64,000 nt of DNA from Actinomycetota bacterium (lineage in GTDB: Bacteria > Actinomycetota > AC-67). The translations under genes were made by a program, and so were the position numbers. The stretch lies in assembly GCA_036397635.1 (NCBI GenBank), contig DASWIP010000031.1, positions 6,536 through 70,535 of the forward strand, written 5' to 3'. The notes below the pieces were generated by a model that was given only the letters and a program-made list of their open reading frames with translations, did no database searches and was not told the DNA's origin. Positions within the stretch are counted from its first letter, which is position 1. Each line of letters opens with the position of its first letter. Of this stretch, positions 62,474 to 64,000 are shown one piece after another.

Positions 62474-63646
62474 ATGGACAGAGCGGCGGAACGAACGGTT
62501 GGGCGTCGGGACTTCATGCGTGGCGCCGTCGCGCTCGGGGCATCCTGGGCGATCCTGCCTCGGCTCGCGTTCGGCGGGTCGGGCTTGGACGGCGAAGGGG
62601 TGTGGTTGGCCGGCGACCTGCACTGCCATACCGTGTTCTCGCACGACGTGTGGTCGCCCGAGGACGACAACACCGACATGGAGGAGGCCTACACCTTCGG
62701 CTGGACCGCGGCCGAGCAGATCACCAACGCGGAGGTGCGCGGGCTCGATTTCCTCGCGGTGACCGACCACAACGACGTGCGCTGGCTCTCGGACGGAACG
62801 TTCGCGGGCTACGACGGTCCGGTGACGCTGGTGCCCGGTTACGAGCACTCGCTCCGCCACGGCCACGCCGGCTGTCTCGGCGTCTTCGAGCGGTTCAGCA
62901 TCGACACGTCGGGCGACGATGGAGCCCTCGCCCTTCGCGACGCGGTGCGCGCCGCCGGCGGCATCTTCATCTTGAACCACCCCTTCTATAAGGGCCATCC
63001 CCAGACGGGTGCCGACGGGATCCCGGCGTGGGGCTACTCGCCGGAGACCGTGGTGCCCGATTCCGTGGAGGTGTGGAACATCAGCTGGCCTTTCCGGCGC
63101 CCCGTTTTCCAGGGGTTCTCCACGTCGGAGAACTATCTGTCGCTCCCGTGGTGGGATGAGGAGTTCCTCGGCCGGGGCCTACGCATCCCGGCGACGGGCG
63201 GCAGTGATAACCACTGGCGCTCGACCTACACCGTTCAGGGCGTCGGGCAGCCGACCACCTGGGTGTACGCGCGCGACCGCACCTGGCAGGCGGTCCTCGA
63301 CGCGATCGTCGCGGGACGAACGTTCGTCGCGGCCGAGCCTCCGGTGCTCGGCGGCGCGCGCGTCTTCCTCGAGGCCGAACAAGGTTCGGAGCGCTGGATG
63401 GTCGGCGACGTGGTACCGGCAGCCTCGGGTGAGGTGACGGTCTCCGCGCGCGTCGTGGGCGCGCCCGGCATGCTTGTGCGATTCGTCGTCGACAACGTTC
63501 CCGGGCCGCTGACGCCCGTGGCCGGTCCCGAGTACACGCACACCGCGAGCGTCGATGCCGGCGCGCACACGCGCGTGCGCGCGGAGCTGCTCGCCGACGA
63601 AGGCTGGTGGATGATGGCCCTCACCAGCCCGATCTACTTCGGCTGA
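62474..63646 (+). CDS. Tat-exported PHP-domain metallohydrolase (CehA/McbA family)
   Basis: Twin-arginine motif GRRDFMRGAVALGASWAILPRLAFG. PHP motifs GDLHCHTVFSHD, AVTDHND and GGSDNH. Confidence 0.75.
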   Translation: MDRAAERTVGRRDFMRGAVALGASWAILPRLAFGGSGLDGEGVWLAGDLHCHTVFSHDVWSPEDDNTDMEEAYTFGWTAAEQITNAEVRGLDFLAVTDHNDVRWLSDGTFAGYDGPVTLVPGYEHSLRHGHAGCLGVFERFSIDTSGDDGALALRDAVRAAGGIFILNHPFYKGHPQTGADGIPAWGYSPETVVPDSVEVWNISWPFRRPVFQGFSTSENYLSLPWWDEEFLGRGLRIPATGGSDNHWRSTYTVQGVGQPTTWVYARDRTWQAVLDAIVAGRTFVAAEPPVLGGARVFLEAEQGSERWMVGDVVPAASGEVTVSARVVGAPGMLVRFVVDNVPGPLTPVAGPEYTHTASVDAGAHTRVRAELLADEGWWMMALTSPIYFG

Positions 63647-63667
63647 GCCGAAGGCAGCCGAAGCGGT

Positions 63668-64000
63668 CTACGAGACGTGGTCGTCGAGATCCGCGTCGAC
63701 CTCGGCCGCCCAGCGCGCGTTCGCTTCTTCGAAGAGACCGCGGACGTATGCGAGGTCGTATGGCTGCTCGAGCAGCGTGTCCGGATCCCACTGGCTCCGT
63801 GGCTGGTTCACGAAATCGCCGCCGTAGATGTGGATCGCGCCGGTGAAACGCCGCTCGGGGTTGCTGACGGAGTGGATAGCATCGCTCCCGAGCGCCAGCA
63901 CGTCGCTCTCACGCAACTCCCTCCCGCCGGAGCTTTGGATGCGGTCCGGCCCCCTGCGATACAGGGTGTTGTCCTCGACGCCGCCGTAGATCCCGATGGT
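63668..64000 (-). CDS. Cupin-like protein (cysteine-dioxygenase-type fold?), 5' partial (start beyond window end)
   Basis: Hand translation shows the frame stays open from 64000 into track ORF 63668..63916. Motif ...SVSNPERRFTGAIHIYGGD. Confidence 0.4.
   Translation of the reverse strand, partial: TIGIYGGVEDNTLYRRGPDRIQSSGGRELRESDVLALGSDAIHSVSNPERRFTGAIHIYGGDFVNQPRSQWDPDTLLEQPYDLAYVRGLFEEANARWAAEVDADLDDHVS

Noticed and set aside
1-64000. tRNA, rRNA, CRISPR arrays, integrase/transposase genes
   Set aside because: No intergenic stretch long enough or with tRNA-like features was seen. No spacer-repeat periodicity and no recombinase motifs were found. Their absence is as far as reading by eye allows.

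Overview
This is a 64 kb window of very high-GC chromosomal DNA, probably actinobacterial. Gene content is typical, with frequent ATGA/GTGA start-stop overlaps and likely leaderless starts. I can support about 57 protein-coding features and found no rRNA, tRNA or CRISPR array. The ORF track contains many antisense high-GC artefacts, and it misses one real gene because that gene runs off the window's left edge.

Layout, left to right:
1. 1-10 kb: a truncated secreted-protein gene, a sensor histidine kinase with a LuxR-type response regulator, and a small secreted protein followed by a subtilisin (S8) peptidase.
2. 10-13 kb: a rearrangement scar. It holds an AAA+ ATPase, a 64 bp MITE-like palindrome flanked by 7 bp direct repeats, an XRE antitoxin with an N-terminally truncated toxin remnant, a decayed partial second copy of the S8 peptidase gene, and a perfect hairpin terminator.
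3. 13-20 kb: an in-frame fusion of a cNMP-binding domain and a collagen-like secreted protein, a large AfsR/SARP-type STAND regulator, and an ECF sigma / zinc anti-sigma pair co-operonic with an ArsM-like methyltransferase. That methyltransferase is interrupted by a single in-frame TGA, and all four catalytic cysteines of ArsM proper are replaced.
4. 20-23 kb: an SRPBCC protein, an MBL-fold alkylsulfatase-like enzyme, and a secreted protein ending in a Hint/BIL domain.
5. 23-43 kb: the most unusual part. Four paralogous secreted proteins of an unrecognised family sit beside a DUF2961(GH172)-SCP2 fusion. They are followed co-directionally by a LivG-like ATPase with a histone-like tail, a metallophosphoesterase-propeller fusion, and a Liv-type ABC importer. 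The importer has a DegT aminotransferase, a Gfo/Idh/MocA oxidoreductase, an MFS-LivF fusion and a HAD phosphatase embedded in it.
6. 43-52 kb: a GlcNAc-type catabolic cluster (nagA, nagB, an apparently cytoplasmic GH84, a ROK kinase and ROK regulator) alongside a ceramidase-like enzyme, an alpha/beta hydrolase and an ADP-ribosylglycohydrolase.
7. 52-64 kb: secreted hydrolases, a BNR propeller coupled to a ThiS/MoaD-like GG-tail protein, a cupredoxin membrane protein, a TSP3-repeat protein with a 176 bp tandem repeat, and a Tat-exported PHP metallohydrolase.

A conserved AT-rich direct-repeat motif (TTTGTACG.AAATCTTAC.AAATACC followed by a short GC palindrome) recurs in five intergenic regions, always in the same chromosomal orientation. 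It looks like a shared cis-regulatory element for the glycan-related loci.
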